From Eledone cirrhosa (Eukaryota): a stretch of DNA of 64,000 bases. Positions 1 to 11,562 of the stretch are shown here, piece by piece. The position numbers and the translations under genes were made by a program. The notes beneath the pieces are model-generated. The model was given only the letters and a program-made list of their open reading frames with translations. It had not been told where the DNA came from and did no database searches. The stretch covers positions 146,568,001 through 146,632,000 of the forward strand of contig OZ024743.1 in assembly GCA_964016885.1 (NCBI GenBank), written 5' to 3'. Numbering within the stretch: position 1 is the first letter of the stretch; each line of letters begins with the position of its first letter.

Positions 1-307
1 CAGGCGTTGGGGGTGTTGGAGCTATGCCGTCTGGAAAACTGGTACGGTCACCCATAGCAGACAGATCTGATACCCAGCGGCATCAGGGCCGCCATCTTGC
101 AACTTTGGTCTACTAAATTCGCTATTGGAAGATTATTAACCCATCATTGATTGTCCAAAATGCTAATTGGTTCGTAACTATTAATAACCGATTCAACTGC
201 TTTATGCACTTAATTGATAAGCTTAAGCACTTTCAAGCTACGTTTACCTGTATGTAACTTTTCATAGCAAATGAACAAACCCAAGCAACGCCGGGCTAAA
301 CTGCTAG
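1..307 (+). mobile_element. 3' end of a non-autonomous Helitron
   Basis: Subterminal hairpin-like CCCAAGCAACGCCGGG (280-295), then CTAG (304-307) followed by T of a (TA)n tract; this is the typical Helitron 3' terminus. The 5' end lies outside the window. Confidence 0.65.
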
Positions 308-343
<36 letters not shown>

Positions 344-651
344 TGAAAATGTGGGAATCCCAAATGTAGAAAATAACTGTAACATTAGTTGATTGCTATA
401 AATAATAACTTTAGAAATTGAAGTAAAATTCCTCTAGGGACAGAAACTAGAAAGTAAGGGTGACTATAGCCTGATGAAGTTTGTTCTCTATGTACTAGTA
501 AAGTGTGTGACCTTTAATTATCATTTTAATTGGTTGATTGTATTTTGTCTGATGTATATTTTACCCCATTTTCTAAAGATATTTTCTATGTTTGGGACTC
601 CCACATTTTCTAATTTATAATCATCTAAGTGCTTCGATGATGCATAATATG

Positions 652-704
<53 letters not shown>

Positions 705-817
705 GAGTCAGGGCCTGACGGTTGAGCTCTTGCCATTTCAACAACTAGTTCCAGTTTATCCCAAGTGTTGAGTACTCTGTTGAATAATTGTCTAACTAGT
801 TTAAAACTGGTTCAATC

Positions 818-980
<163 letters not shown>

Positions 981-1106
981 CATGCGTGTGTGTGTGTGTG
1001 TGTATTTGTGTATGTAAGTATAGTTTTATGCCTTATACTATATATTTCCCTCACTTTCTTCCACTCTCCATTTCTCTGCTTCTCTCTCTCTCTCTCTATA
1101 TATATA

Positions 1107-1892
1107 TACAAGTTAATATAAATTAATATATTTGATAAACACAAATACCAACATATCCATGTTTGTATTGTAAATGACTAAGTTAGCTAGATTGAAAAAT
1201 ACTAATTATAATAATACAGTTTGCCTGTCTCGATTTATCAAATATATTAATTTATATTAACTTGTATTACACGGCTCAGAAATACTTCTTTCTTTGAGCT
1301 ATTTCATTGTAAAGGACTACCTGAGATTTGAACTCATTATTAATAGTTTCACTGCTCCTTACGTAGAGCTAAATTTAACCCCATATAAACGGCTGTTATT
1401 TCAAGCAGTACGAGTATGGGGCAGCTAGACACTGGATAACCGTATGTGAAAAACCATGTGCGTTAAACAGTCTATTTAAATATTTTGAAGTGAAACATAC
1501 CAATTTTTCTGGTGCTTGCTGAGGAGATAGAAATGCGGTATTCCTTCACTTTCATTTTTCGAAACTTATTTGGATTTTAAGGTTTAAACCAGTCTACGGA
1601 ACAGGTTTGATTCTGAAATTTAAATTTGTCCAAGCACCACGGCCATTTGCCAATATACTTTGTTTTTATTGATTTATTATTTTAAATCGAGACAGGCAAA
1701 CTGTATTATTATAATTAGTATTTTTCAATCTAGCTAACTTAGTCATTTACAATACAAACATGGATATGTTGGTATTTGTGTTTATCAAATATATTAATTT
1801 ATATTAACTTGTATTACACGGCTCAGAAATACTTCTTTCTTTGAGCTATTTCATTGTAAAGGACTACCTGAGATTTGAACTCATTATTAATA

Positions 1893-1894
<2 letters not shown>
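1107..1894 (+). mobile_element. Non-coding hammerhead-containing retroelement (retrozyme/Penelope-like), 547-nt unit, partial tandem with 5' inversion
   Basis: 1234-1347 equals 1781-1894 (direct repeat, period 547). 1107-1237 is the reverse complement of 1683-1813. Both ends abut TA repeats. Internal hammerhead at 1510-1639. Confidence 0.8.
1510..1639 (+). ncRNA. Type I hammerhead ribozyme
   Basis: Stem I TGGTGCTTG/CAAGCACCA (9 bp), core CTGAGGA 1519-1525, stem II GA..GAAATG/CATTTT.TC, GAAAC 1561-1565, long stem III, GTC cleavage triplet 1628-1630. Confidence 0.88.
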
Positions 1895-1948
<54 letters not shown>

Positions 1949-2488
1949 AGAGAGAGAGTGAGAGAGATATAGATAGATATATTTCTTTACATAACCTGCC
2001 CCAATCACAAACCAAACACCAACAGTTAAATGAAAATGATGCTATAGATGCATTATGTCGTCAATAGAGTAATCTCCCCTTAATACTTAATACAGTGTCA
2101 AGGGAAGCAATTCATAAAAATTCCTAGTGTGTTAAAGGTTAAAACCACAACAGAAACAGCCTTCATAGCAGCAATCCTTCAATGAGGATGTTAGTTCACA
2201 GAATATCAGTGACATGATACAATATATATAACCGTCCTTATAAATCTCTAACCTAACAACTAAATGCAACAAAAGTAAACTTGTCAAAAACACTCTGCAC
2301 AAAATACTATTAACTAATTAAAAAAATTCAATTTAAAAGCCTCACACTACTCTAGTTGAAGAGGATGAACTTCATAAGGCCACAATCACACTCACTGGTT
2401 TCTCTTGGGTTGTGGCTGTCAGATAAATTACTACCATATACTCTTAAAAAAAACAACTTGTGCATCACATATCTTTACCCACATACTT

Positions 2489-2570
<82 letters not shown>

Positions 2571-2646
2571 GGTGTGATAATTTTCTTGATGCATTGTGTA
2601 ATATGAAAGTGGAAAGTGGGTATGTGTGTTTAGAAAACCGTATAAT

Positions 2647-2834
2647 TGTTTCTACTTTTGGCACAAGGCCAGCAATTATCCCAGTGTATTACTGGTACTT
2701 TATTTTATTGACCCCGTAAGGAAGAAAGGCAAAGTTAACCTGGGCGGGATTTGAACTCAGAATGTAAAGGGCCATAACTCTATGTTGTAAAGCATGCCGG
2801 CTGACGCTCTACCGATGCTGCCAATTCACCACCC
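2647..2834 (-). mobile_element. tRNA-derived SINE with Meta-like central domain, full length with TSD
   Basis: B-box GAGTTCAAATCC on the minus strand and a GCCTTTC.TCCTTACGGGGTC.ATAAAATAAAGTACCAG core. 16-bp TSD TAGAAAACCGTATAAT at 2631-2646 and 2835-2850. Confidence 0.85.
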
Positions 2835-2979
2835 TAGAAAACCGTATAATGCTCAGTGACCATATCTGTATCAGTGAGTTGTTTAACATTATCAAACTTA
2901 GATAAATTACATCAATTGTCAAGTCAAGAGTACTCAAACTATATGGTTATATAAAAAGATCAAGTCGTGGTGTAAGTAG

Positions 2980-3135
2980 GTTATGCCTGAAAGGAAGGTT
3001 GGCTGATAAGAGAAGCAAAGGCCGGCAGCCAAAATGATGGCTTGATAATGTCAACTTATGGACGGGACTTGATCTTTGCTCTTTAAACTCTGCTGCTGGT
3101 GATCGAACTTTGTGGAGAAAAATATCTCATGTTGA
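2980..3135 (+). mobile_element. Decayed RTE-like LINE 3' coding remnant
   Basis: Translates to KRSKGRQPK*WLDNV..WTG..AAGDRTLWRK, typical of the RTE ORF C-terminus. Confidence 0.5.
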
Positions 3136-3916
3136 AGCGCAGTCTGCAATGGCAGAGTTTAGCTTCACAAGATCAAGATAATGCAAGTCAGAAGGGAATT
3201 GAGAGAGTTGAGGTAGAAAGCAAAAGTGGGAGAAGGAAAACAAAAGAAAAGGAAGAATGACTGTAAGTTACCATAGCAATTTATTGGTCGCAAAATTTTT
3301 CGGATTAACTATCCATTATCAAGTACCTCCCTTGATAATAGAGAGTTAATCTGAAACATTTTGGGACTAATAAATTCCTAAGGTAACTTTCAGTTATTCT
3401 TCTAACAAAATATCGATTCAGTTGGATTAATGAAAAAATAATCTTTAAATATATCTCTGTGCTTTTTCACTTTTACTTTTTACCTATCATCATTATCGTT
3501 TTTACATGTTTTTTTTCACTCTTGCATGGATTAGATTTCACTTGCCGTGTTCCATCATCATCTCTATGCATCTCAGCAATTTGAGATCAGCTCTTACCAT
3601 CTTTGTCCAGGTTTTCCTTGGTCTGCCTCTACTGTGGCTTCCCTCCATTGGGATTTCCTGGCACTTCTTCACCCATTGATCATCTTATACATATATATAT
3701 ATGTCTGAACGATGCAGGTATGGATATAGAGTATAAATACAAATGCAAAAGATATTGCTGACAATTAGTCTTTTACCTTAAATTTATTTGAATATCCTTA
3801 ATTTTCGAGATAATATCTCTTCTTCGGAGGGAAGTAAAGCGGTTAATCCAGTGTTCTAATTAGCTTGCCAAGTCATGCTGACAGGAAATAGTAAAGAAAT
3901 ATATATATATATATAT

Positions 3917-4158
3917 CAGTCGATTGACAAGATCCCAGACCTCATTCAACAAGTGGAGTGGAGCTCATCAATTCAGACCAAGGAAAGAATGTTTCCATTG
4001 GTCTTTACAATTGCTAATACTATCTCAAAAATCCAGGCAGAAGGAGCTACATAAAATGAAGTGTCTTGCTCAAGGATATAATGCATTGTCCGGTCTGGGA
4101 ATTGAACTCACAACTTCACGATTGCGAATCCAATTCTCTAACCACTCAGCCTTGTGCC
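3917..4158 (-). mobile_element. tRNA-derived SINE with CORE-like domain (related copies 6528-6747 -, 21967-22120 +, 23836-24130 +, 43590-43935 +)
   Basis: tRNA-like head with A/B boxes followed by TCCTTGAGCAAGACACTT. The tail GTCAATCGACTG is shared with the 6528 copy. Confidence 0.7.
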
Positions 4159-4377
4159 TAAATCAGAAACCATTATTTGTTGGGGGAAGAAAGTGATACC
4201 ATCAAAATAATATGGGTATGGTTGAAATAATTTTTGGTGAAATAATTTTATCATTATTTGTTTGACTTGTGCCAAGTCAAAAAAACAAAACATATTGTTT
4301 AGAATTGTCTCAATGAATGAAGATAAGCTTTATTGTATATCTGTCAAACCCAATGTCAGCATGGAAAAATAACGAAC

Positions 4378-4651
4378 TTATGATGATGATAATGGTGTTG
4401 CTGCTTCTGCTGCTGGTGATAATGATGCTGATAATGATGGTACTACTGCTCCTAATGAAGGGTAATAATGTTGGTGCTGCTGCTGATGATGATCACCGTA
4501 ACACTGATAGTGCTGTTGTTGACAGTGATGATGATGAAGACGATGATAATGATTACTATAATGATGATGATGATCAATATAATGATGATGATGATGCTAA
4601 GAAATTTAATGATGATGATTATGATGATTGTGATGGTGATGATGATTATGT
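4378..4651. repeat. Degenerate (GAT/GCT)n trinucleotide repeat
   Basis: Visible low-complexity tract. Confidence 0.9.
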
Positions 4652-5029
4652 AATCAATCAAATTAGGCTCTGATGACAGCTATCACACTAATTAACAATC
4701 TATTTATTTTCCACATTACATCTTATTACATTCATTTATTCATTCAGATATCTTTTGCTCTTTTTCTTTTTTTTTTCATCCATGTTTATTTGATTTATAT
4801 TTATTGTATTAATTAATTTACTTTTCATTTGTGTCTTTGTTTTGTTTATTTTTTGTTTCTACCCTCTATAATTTAATTATTTTATTGCTTTTTTGTTTGG
4901 TATTAATTAATTAATTTGTTGATTTTATTAATTTGTTTTTTTTTTGTTTACTTTACTCTTTGTTTGTTTTGTAAATTTGTTTTATTTTTATTTATGTTTT
5001 GTTAGATTATTTTTCTTCTATATTTTCAG

Positions 5030-5107
5030 ATTGTTATGAAATGTTTAACCTTAAGATTCAAATGGCACCAAGAAATTTCCCATTAATTTTGTCTGTAACA
5101 ATAAATG
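5030..5107 (+). other. Candidate host exon (78 bp)
   Basis: Long pyrimidine-rich tract ending TTTTCAG, donor G|GTAATT, open frame (D)CYEMFNLKIQMAPRNFPLILSVTIN. Unverified. Confidence 0.35.
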
Positions 5108-6752
5108 GTAATTTAGAAATATATTTATTTATTTATTTAATTATTTATTTATTGAAACTATTTTTATTATTAATATTTTTTTATATCATATATTTTTGAA
5201 AAATTGTCTGAATTTGTTCCCATCATGTCTATTGCAGGCTGAATATAAATATTCGAGACCATCTTTCTCATGACAGCTTTAATTTAATGATATCCTTATT
5301 TCAAATAGCATCTCATGCAATTGTGCAATTGATCTAAGCTTAAATGCTCAAGATTAATGCAAAAAGTAGTGGTGGAGGTGATGATAAGGACCTGTGTATG
5401 AAGTTACTCGATTAAGTGCCAATGTGTCAGTTTGCATCACTTATACATGGCGCCAGTGTGAAGGAGAATTCTGAATTTGTATTATACAGCGAGCAATGTA
5501 TCAAGCAATTAGATAAAGTACAAAACACTTTCTGCTCAGCCTGAAAATTAGATACAACACTATGCCATGGAAGCTAAATGGGAGCAGAATAGTATTTTAT
5601 CCAGGATTTATCAATACTATCAATAGTATTTTATCAAGGGGAACTTTATCAACTCCAGCACAAGTATAATTAGTATGATTAAGAAGTTTGTTTTGCATCC
5701 CCATTGTTCTGTGTTTCATTTTACTGTGTGGTACCACATAAAAGTGTATTCTACTATAGCTGGGGGTTAATCAGTGTCTTGGGAGTGAAATTTGGTTGAC
5801 AGAAACTGTGTGGAAGACTGTCACACACACACATGCACACACAAATATATATCTTTATTTTATGCTCACTTTCCATGCTGGTATGGCTTGAATGTGTTGT
5901 CAAATCTCACTTTTATTTTTGACATGGTTTCTATGGCTGAATACCTTCTTTTTTATTATGATTAAGTAATATATCTTCTAGCACCAGAGTGAAGAATAGA
6001 TTCTATAAAGCTTACACATGAAGTGTGATACTGCATGTGATAAGACATGAGGCTTGACTGCAAAGCCTTTCTGAAGACTGTAAAGAAAAGAAGTGAACCT
6101 TAAAGCACAAATAAGGTGAGAGAAAAACTGGAACCAGTGGAGGAGAAAGATGAAGAAAAATATGGGATGAAATGATGAAGATTAACCTCAAGAAGCTGAA
6201 TCTTGTAACAGAGTTGATGAAGAATTGCTATGACTGGTAACACATGATGCAGGAAAAGACCAAATCTCTCATGGAAGCATGGCAAAATGAAACATCTAAG
6301 CATCTGAAAGAATCTATTTCTCATGTGCTCTTAGTGTTTATTGAGCCTGTGCATTTGTTGCATATAATGTCTACATTCTTTGTTAGCCAGATTGTGATCA
6401 CCCTACATCTCTGGTATGTACACACACACACACACACACATATATAGTGTGTGTGTGCATCAGAGATGTAGAGTGATCACAAGCTGGCTAACAAAGAATG
6501 TAGACTTTATATATATATATATATATCGACAGTCGATTGACTTTTGTTAAATCGAACTGAGGAAACAATGTTTCCGATGGTCTTTCCAGTTGCTAATACT
6601 ATCTATCGGTCGCAACTCCAGGTAGAAGGAGCAACGTGAAACAAAGTGTCTTGCTCAAGGACATAACGCATTGCCCGGTCCAGGAATCGAATTCACAACC
6701 TCATGATTGTGAATCCAATTCTCTAACCACTCAGCCATGCGCCTTCATATAT

Positions 6753-6807
<55 letters not shown>

Positions 6808-7100
6808 CCGTTTTACATCCGTTCTTCCACGCTAGCATGGGTTAGATGGGTTGTCCTGTTGTGGGCAATGTCCAGTCGGCTGACCTTGTCTTGCTCATAT
6901 GAGAACTGATTCTGGCTTGATTTTTTACAGCTGGATGCCCTTCCTAACACCAACCTCATTTACAGTGAGTGCTGGGTGCTATTTTGCCGTAGTGCTATTT
7001 TGCAGTAGGAGGGGGTGGGGCCATATTGTCTATATGCTTCAGCTTTGGCCTGTAGCCGTGGGAAGTCGAGTCTTCTGTATTACTGCGTGATACCAGAGGT
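6753..7100 (-). mobile_element. RTE LINE 3' end, 5'-truncated (similar copies 39133-39590, 41128-41283, 45143-45495, 61096-61345)
   Basis: Matches the 3' UTR of the 11.6-14.9 kb RTE (CTGGATGCCCTTCCTAACACCAAC) and ends in (ATG)n/(CAT)n. Confidence 0.85.
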
Positions 7101-7328
7101 ATATATACAATACAACTCACTACAACTCGCTATCACTTTTCCTCCACGATACTCTTCTTACTTCTACCTTCTTCTTCTCACCATCTATTTCTCTCTCACC
7201 CCAGTACCTTCATCATACCTAATCTCAAATCTTTTCTCTGCCAGCTCCATTCCACTCTCACATCCTTATTTTTATGAAACAAAAACATTTTTTCCGATTC
7301 TACCTTGCCTGTCCCTTCAATCTTTCTA

Positions 7329-7465
7329 ATTTCTCATTCTTTCTTCTGATGAAGGACTAGCGTCCAAAACTTTAAGACCTTCTTCCTGCTATTTCAAGTG
7401 TTAAACTTATATATATCCTTCAATATACTGTACCTATTGTGCTGTTATTTCTGTTTATCTCTTAC

Positions 7466-7468
<3 letters not shown>
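7329..7468 (+). mobile_element. Penelope-like terminal fragment with decayed minimal hammerhead (second copy 11424-11562)
   Basis: TCTT CTGATGA A GGAC TAGC GTCC aAAAC (G/T)TT AAGA at 7342-7377 and 11437-11472. Both copies end at TTACATAT. Confidence 0.65.
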
Positions 7469-7543
<75 letters not shown>

Positions 7544-7548
<5 letters not shown>

Positions 7549-7953
7549 AACGAGTAGGACCCCGACGGCTGAGCTCAAGCTGTTTCGACGGCTAATTCTG
7601 GACAGAATTAGCCGTCGAAACGGCTTAAGTTCAGCCGTCGAGGTCCTACTCGTTCCTATTACCCACTCTACTACTCTAAGTATTGAGTACTTTGGTGCGT
7701 TATGGTCCACCTGGTTCCTTACCACATTTCCTTCATTATATATATATATATATCAGAAAGGGTGTGGTAAAATACCAGGTGAACCATAACCCACCAGAAT
7801 ACGCGATACTTAGAGTAGTAGAGTGGGTAATATGAAAAAATTCAGGACCCCGACGGGTGAGCTCTGGCCTTTTCGACAGCTAGATCCGAACTGTTTGGAT
7901 CTAGCTGTCGAAATGGCTGGAGCTCAGGCGTCGGGGTCCTGAATCTTTTCATA
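7544..7953. mobile_element. Two related hammerhead-derived fold-back elements arranged tail-to-tail around (TA)n
   Basis: Palindromes at 7544-7659 and 7831-7953. The shared body ATTACCCACTCTACTACTCTAAGTAT occurs in opposite orientations. Related fragment at 699-760. Confidence 0.7.
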
Positions 7954-8227
7954 TATATATATATATTATAGTTAAAACAGAAAACAAAAACAAAGCGAAC
8001 AGTGCAGTACAAAGTGTTAGTATTAGGTTCACGCTTGAGAGTGGGGGGTGGGTATATGAGTTTAGATGAGTTGATAACACAACCATATAAAGGCAAAGAA
8101 CATGTCAAAACTCAATGTGATTTTACAGTCCACAGTGAGATAGGTAAGAAACAGTTCAGAGTTTAATACAATCAGTAAATTTCCAATCACAGTAATTTTA
8201 GAATATTACAGAGTATATATATAAATT

Positions 8228-8343
8228 AATTGTTTCTACTTTAGGCACAGGGCCAGCAATTATCCAGTTCATTACTGGTACTTTATTTTATCGACCCTGT
8301 AAGGATGAAAGGCAAAGTCAACCTCGGCGGGATTTGAACTCAG
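8228..8343 (-). mobile_element. 5'-truncated Meta-like SINE with TSD
   Basis: Same core as the 2647 copy, flanked by duplicated AGTATATATATAAATTAAT. Confidence 0.8.
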
Positions 8344-10649
8344 TATATATATAAATTAATAAAGAATAACGAGGATATAAATTAAATCTTTTAATATATA
8401 ATTTAAAAAATACACACAAAGACATCAATAAAACCACGGACAAATCCCTATGTCGTCAGCCAACTACTGGAGATCAGTATGATTTCTGTTCTTTGAAAGT
8501 TGGGATCATTTAAATCAGCATATGCAGGATTGCAACAATACAAAGGTGGCAAAAAATGGTAACATAAAACAATGATGTGGATAGTAAGATTGATAACAGC
8601 AGACTGAGGCATAGGGACTTGGTATTCAGGTAAGGTCAAGAAAATAGAAGGGAGAGGAATAAATAGAAAGGGATAGAAGAAAGGAGGAATGATATATAGA
8701 GGAAGAAAGAGAGAGGGGAAGAGGTAGAGGAAAAGAAATAAGGGTCACAAGTGGTGTATAATCTATTTTTAGATAGAAATGAAAGAGGTATTCTTATTTG
8801 GGTTTGTGTTTAATACAACACTGCTGATTAAAATCTGTGTTATATCAAAATGTTTTACATAGGCATTCAACAGATATTGATTGATACAAATTAATAAAAT
8901 AAGTACCAAAGTACTAGACTAAAATATGTATTGAGGTCGATATAATACACAAAAATACCTTTAAAGATTTTAAGTCAATCATTTTGGTCTAAGTATAGCT
9001 GAAGTCCAAATAAAATAATAAAAGTTTCTTTGGTTACAGTTTCTTCTCCCCAACACTTAATATTCCACCCTCCCCACTTTAGTCTTCTTCCCATTCACAT
9101 TCCTGATTCTTCCTTGATCGACCCTTGCCAGTATTCATGAGTTCTCCTTCCTTATCCAACTCATCTTAGCATGGAAAGACAGACACACCTTCACAGTAAT
9201 GCCAGATGCTGCTTGCTACTGTCATGATAAAATGTGCCCAGCTTACTCTATAAGGTGTTAGTGCTGGTGCCATGATAAAATGTACCCAATCCATCCTATC
9301 AGGGGGTAGCAGCAGTGCTATGATAAAGTGCATCTGGTACAGAAAAGCCTTCATGCCAAAATGGAATGTATGAGGGGGAGAGTTATCTGATCTGTCTAGC
9401 CTCAGAACATGACAACCTGTCTAACCCATGCAAGCATGGAAAATAGATGTAAAACAGTGATGATAGTAATGATATATACTGTATATACTCCAATATAAGT
9501 CGATCTGAATATAACCCAATGCCCCCCCCCCCCCCCCCCCCTCCTCCTATTCTATGTTTGAGAAATGGGTAAAAATCCAAACCCTGTTTATAAGCCGAGG
9601 CAGCTAATCAACACATTATGTTTAGATGGCATGGCTTTGAAATTTTCATGAGTATAAAATATATTTATGAAGTTTTAATAATTTGTTGTTTAAAATGTTT
9701 TAACTGTCATTTAGAATATAGTTTTTGCTTCAGAACTCCATGATGTAATGCTTTATAGTTTTAATAAGTTTCTTGAAATTTTGCTTATTTCTGGCTACAT
9801 ACATGCTGGAAAATTGAATAAGAGGACTTTGTATAAGAGTAGAAGATGGGGAGAGCAAGTGAGAGAGAGAGAGAGAGAAAGAGACAAAGAATGAGTGAGA
9901 AGTGAGAGGGAGCAAGAGAATAAAATACAAATCAGAAGTAAGATTTCAGTGTAATGTAAGACTGAAAGAAAAACTATTAAGTTAGAGAAAAAACAGTTAC
10001 CATGTGTGTGCATGTGTGTATGTGTGCACATGTGCATGTATGTGTATGGGATATTCATGTATTAAAAAATTTAAATTATAAAAACATTTTCGAAATATTT
10101 TCAAGGGAGTGGATAAATAAAATTAATGTTGATATATTAAATGTAGAAAAACAGTTTCATTGTAAAATAATCATTCCAGATATTTTAGGACCTTATTTAA
10201 TTAGAATTTGAATTTTGTGAAAATCAGCAAAATATTGACCTTGAATATAAGTCTACCACATTTTACCATCATTTTTTTTGTCACATATTTCTTGGCTTAT
10301 ATATGAGTATACATGGCACATATATACATATATACACATGCACACGCACATACATGTATACATACGTACATACATACATAGCTACATACATACATTGAAG
10401 CAGAGACAAATGTCTGAAGTTATGTTATTTATAAGTTTCAGAGATGAACAAAGATGAATAAGGATATAATTGTCTTTTGTCATATTAAAACTTTTAGACA
10501 ATATATTTAGCACTGAAGATTAGCTTTTAGTAAGGCAATTGCTACCGAATCCAATATAAAATGTCAATATCATCAGCTATAATGTGGATTAGAGGTTGTT
10601 TTAATTCAATTGCAACTGTTATTCATTTATAAGTTCATTCCATTTATAG

Positions 10650-10722
10650 ATTATTCCTTGCAATTTCTACAACAGAAAGCTCTCATCCTTAAATTCTGGA
10701 ACCAATTCTTGGTGTTGATTAA
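10650..10722 (+). other. Candidate host exon (73 bp)
   Basis: TTTATAG acceptor, weak AA|GTATGG donor, open frame YSLQFLQQKALILKFWNQFLVLI. Phases are compatible with the 5030 and 47142 candidates. Confidence 0.2.
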
Positions 10723-11562
10723 GTATGGCATATTAGTGTCTATGAGTGTGTTCTAAGTTGTGAGCGCCTATGGGTGTGTCTGTGTATGTTGTTTGTGCAT
10801 GTGTGATTGTGTGAGTGTGTGTGTATGTATTTTTCTATGCAGACGTTGGTGTTTGTTTGTAAGTGTGTTTCTGTATTTGCCAGTGCACATTGTCATATTA
10901 TATGTTTATACATGTATATTTGTGTATGAGTATGCATGTCTGTGTGAGCTGGGTGTATGTATGTCATTGTCTATGTTTGTGTATGTATGTGCTTGTGTGT
11001 ATATTGCTGTTGTGATTGTGTGTCAGTGTTTACATTTGATTAATTTCATCAGAACCTTGGAAAACACAAGGAATAATTAGGAATCTATAAATAAGTAGTT
11101 GCTGAAGGTTACACACATATTTCACTTATGTATGTGCCAAATTGGAAGCTCTCTACGTAGTCACACACCCTGTTAGAAATAGCAATCAAATATCCCTCAA
11201 ATGTCATCACATCATCTTAAATAAGGATCCTTAGATAATGTAGCCATAGATATATTATGTCTGACAATATGCTGGTATGCAAGCACCATGTGTATATATA
11301 TATATATATATATACACAAAACGCCAGCACCAACAGTTTTGCAAGAGATGTCAACATGAATGGACCTACTATTATTTTTTCCAATTCCATCCACCAATTC
11401 CGCCGGTCCCCTTAATCTATTTTATTTCTCATTCTTTCTTCTGATGAAGGACTAGCGTCCAAAACGTTAAGACCCTCTTCCTGCTATATCAAGCGTTAAC
11501 CTAATATATACTTTCCATATACTGTACCGATTGTGTTGTTATTTCTGTTTACCTTTTACATA

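Noticed and set aside
432-492. Possible permuted hammerhead (GAAACT..AGTA ... CTGATGA)
   Set aside because: Stem I does not pair convincingly, so only the flanking inverted repeat was kept.
2740-2834. tRNA-like A/B boxes here and at other SINE heads
   Set aside because: SINE heads with no complete cloverleaf, so not tRNA genes.
4670-4700. Isolated CTGATGA (similar cores at 8453, 10513, 22351, 38883)
   Set aside because: No properly placed stem II-GAAA-UH.
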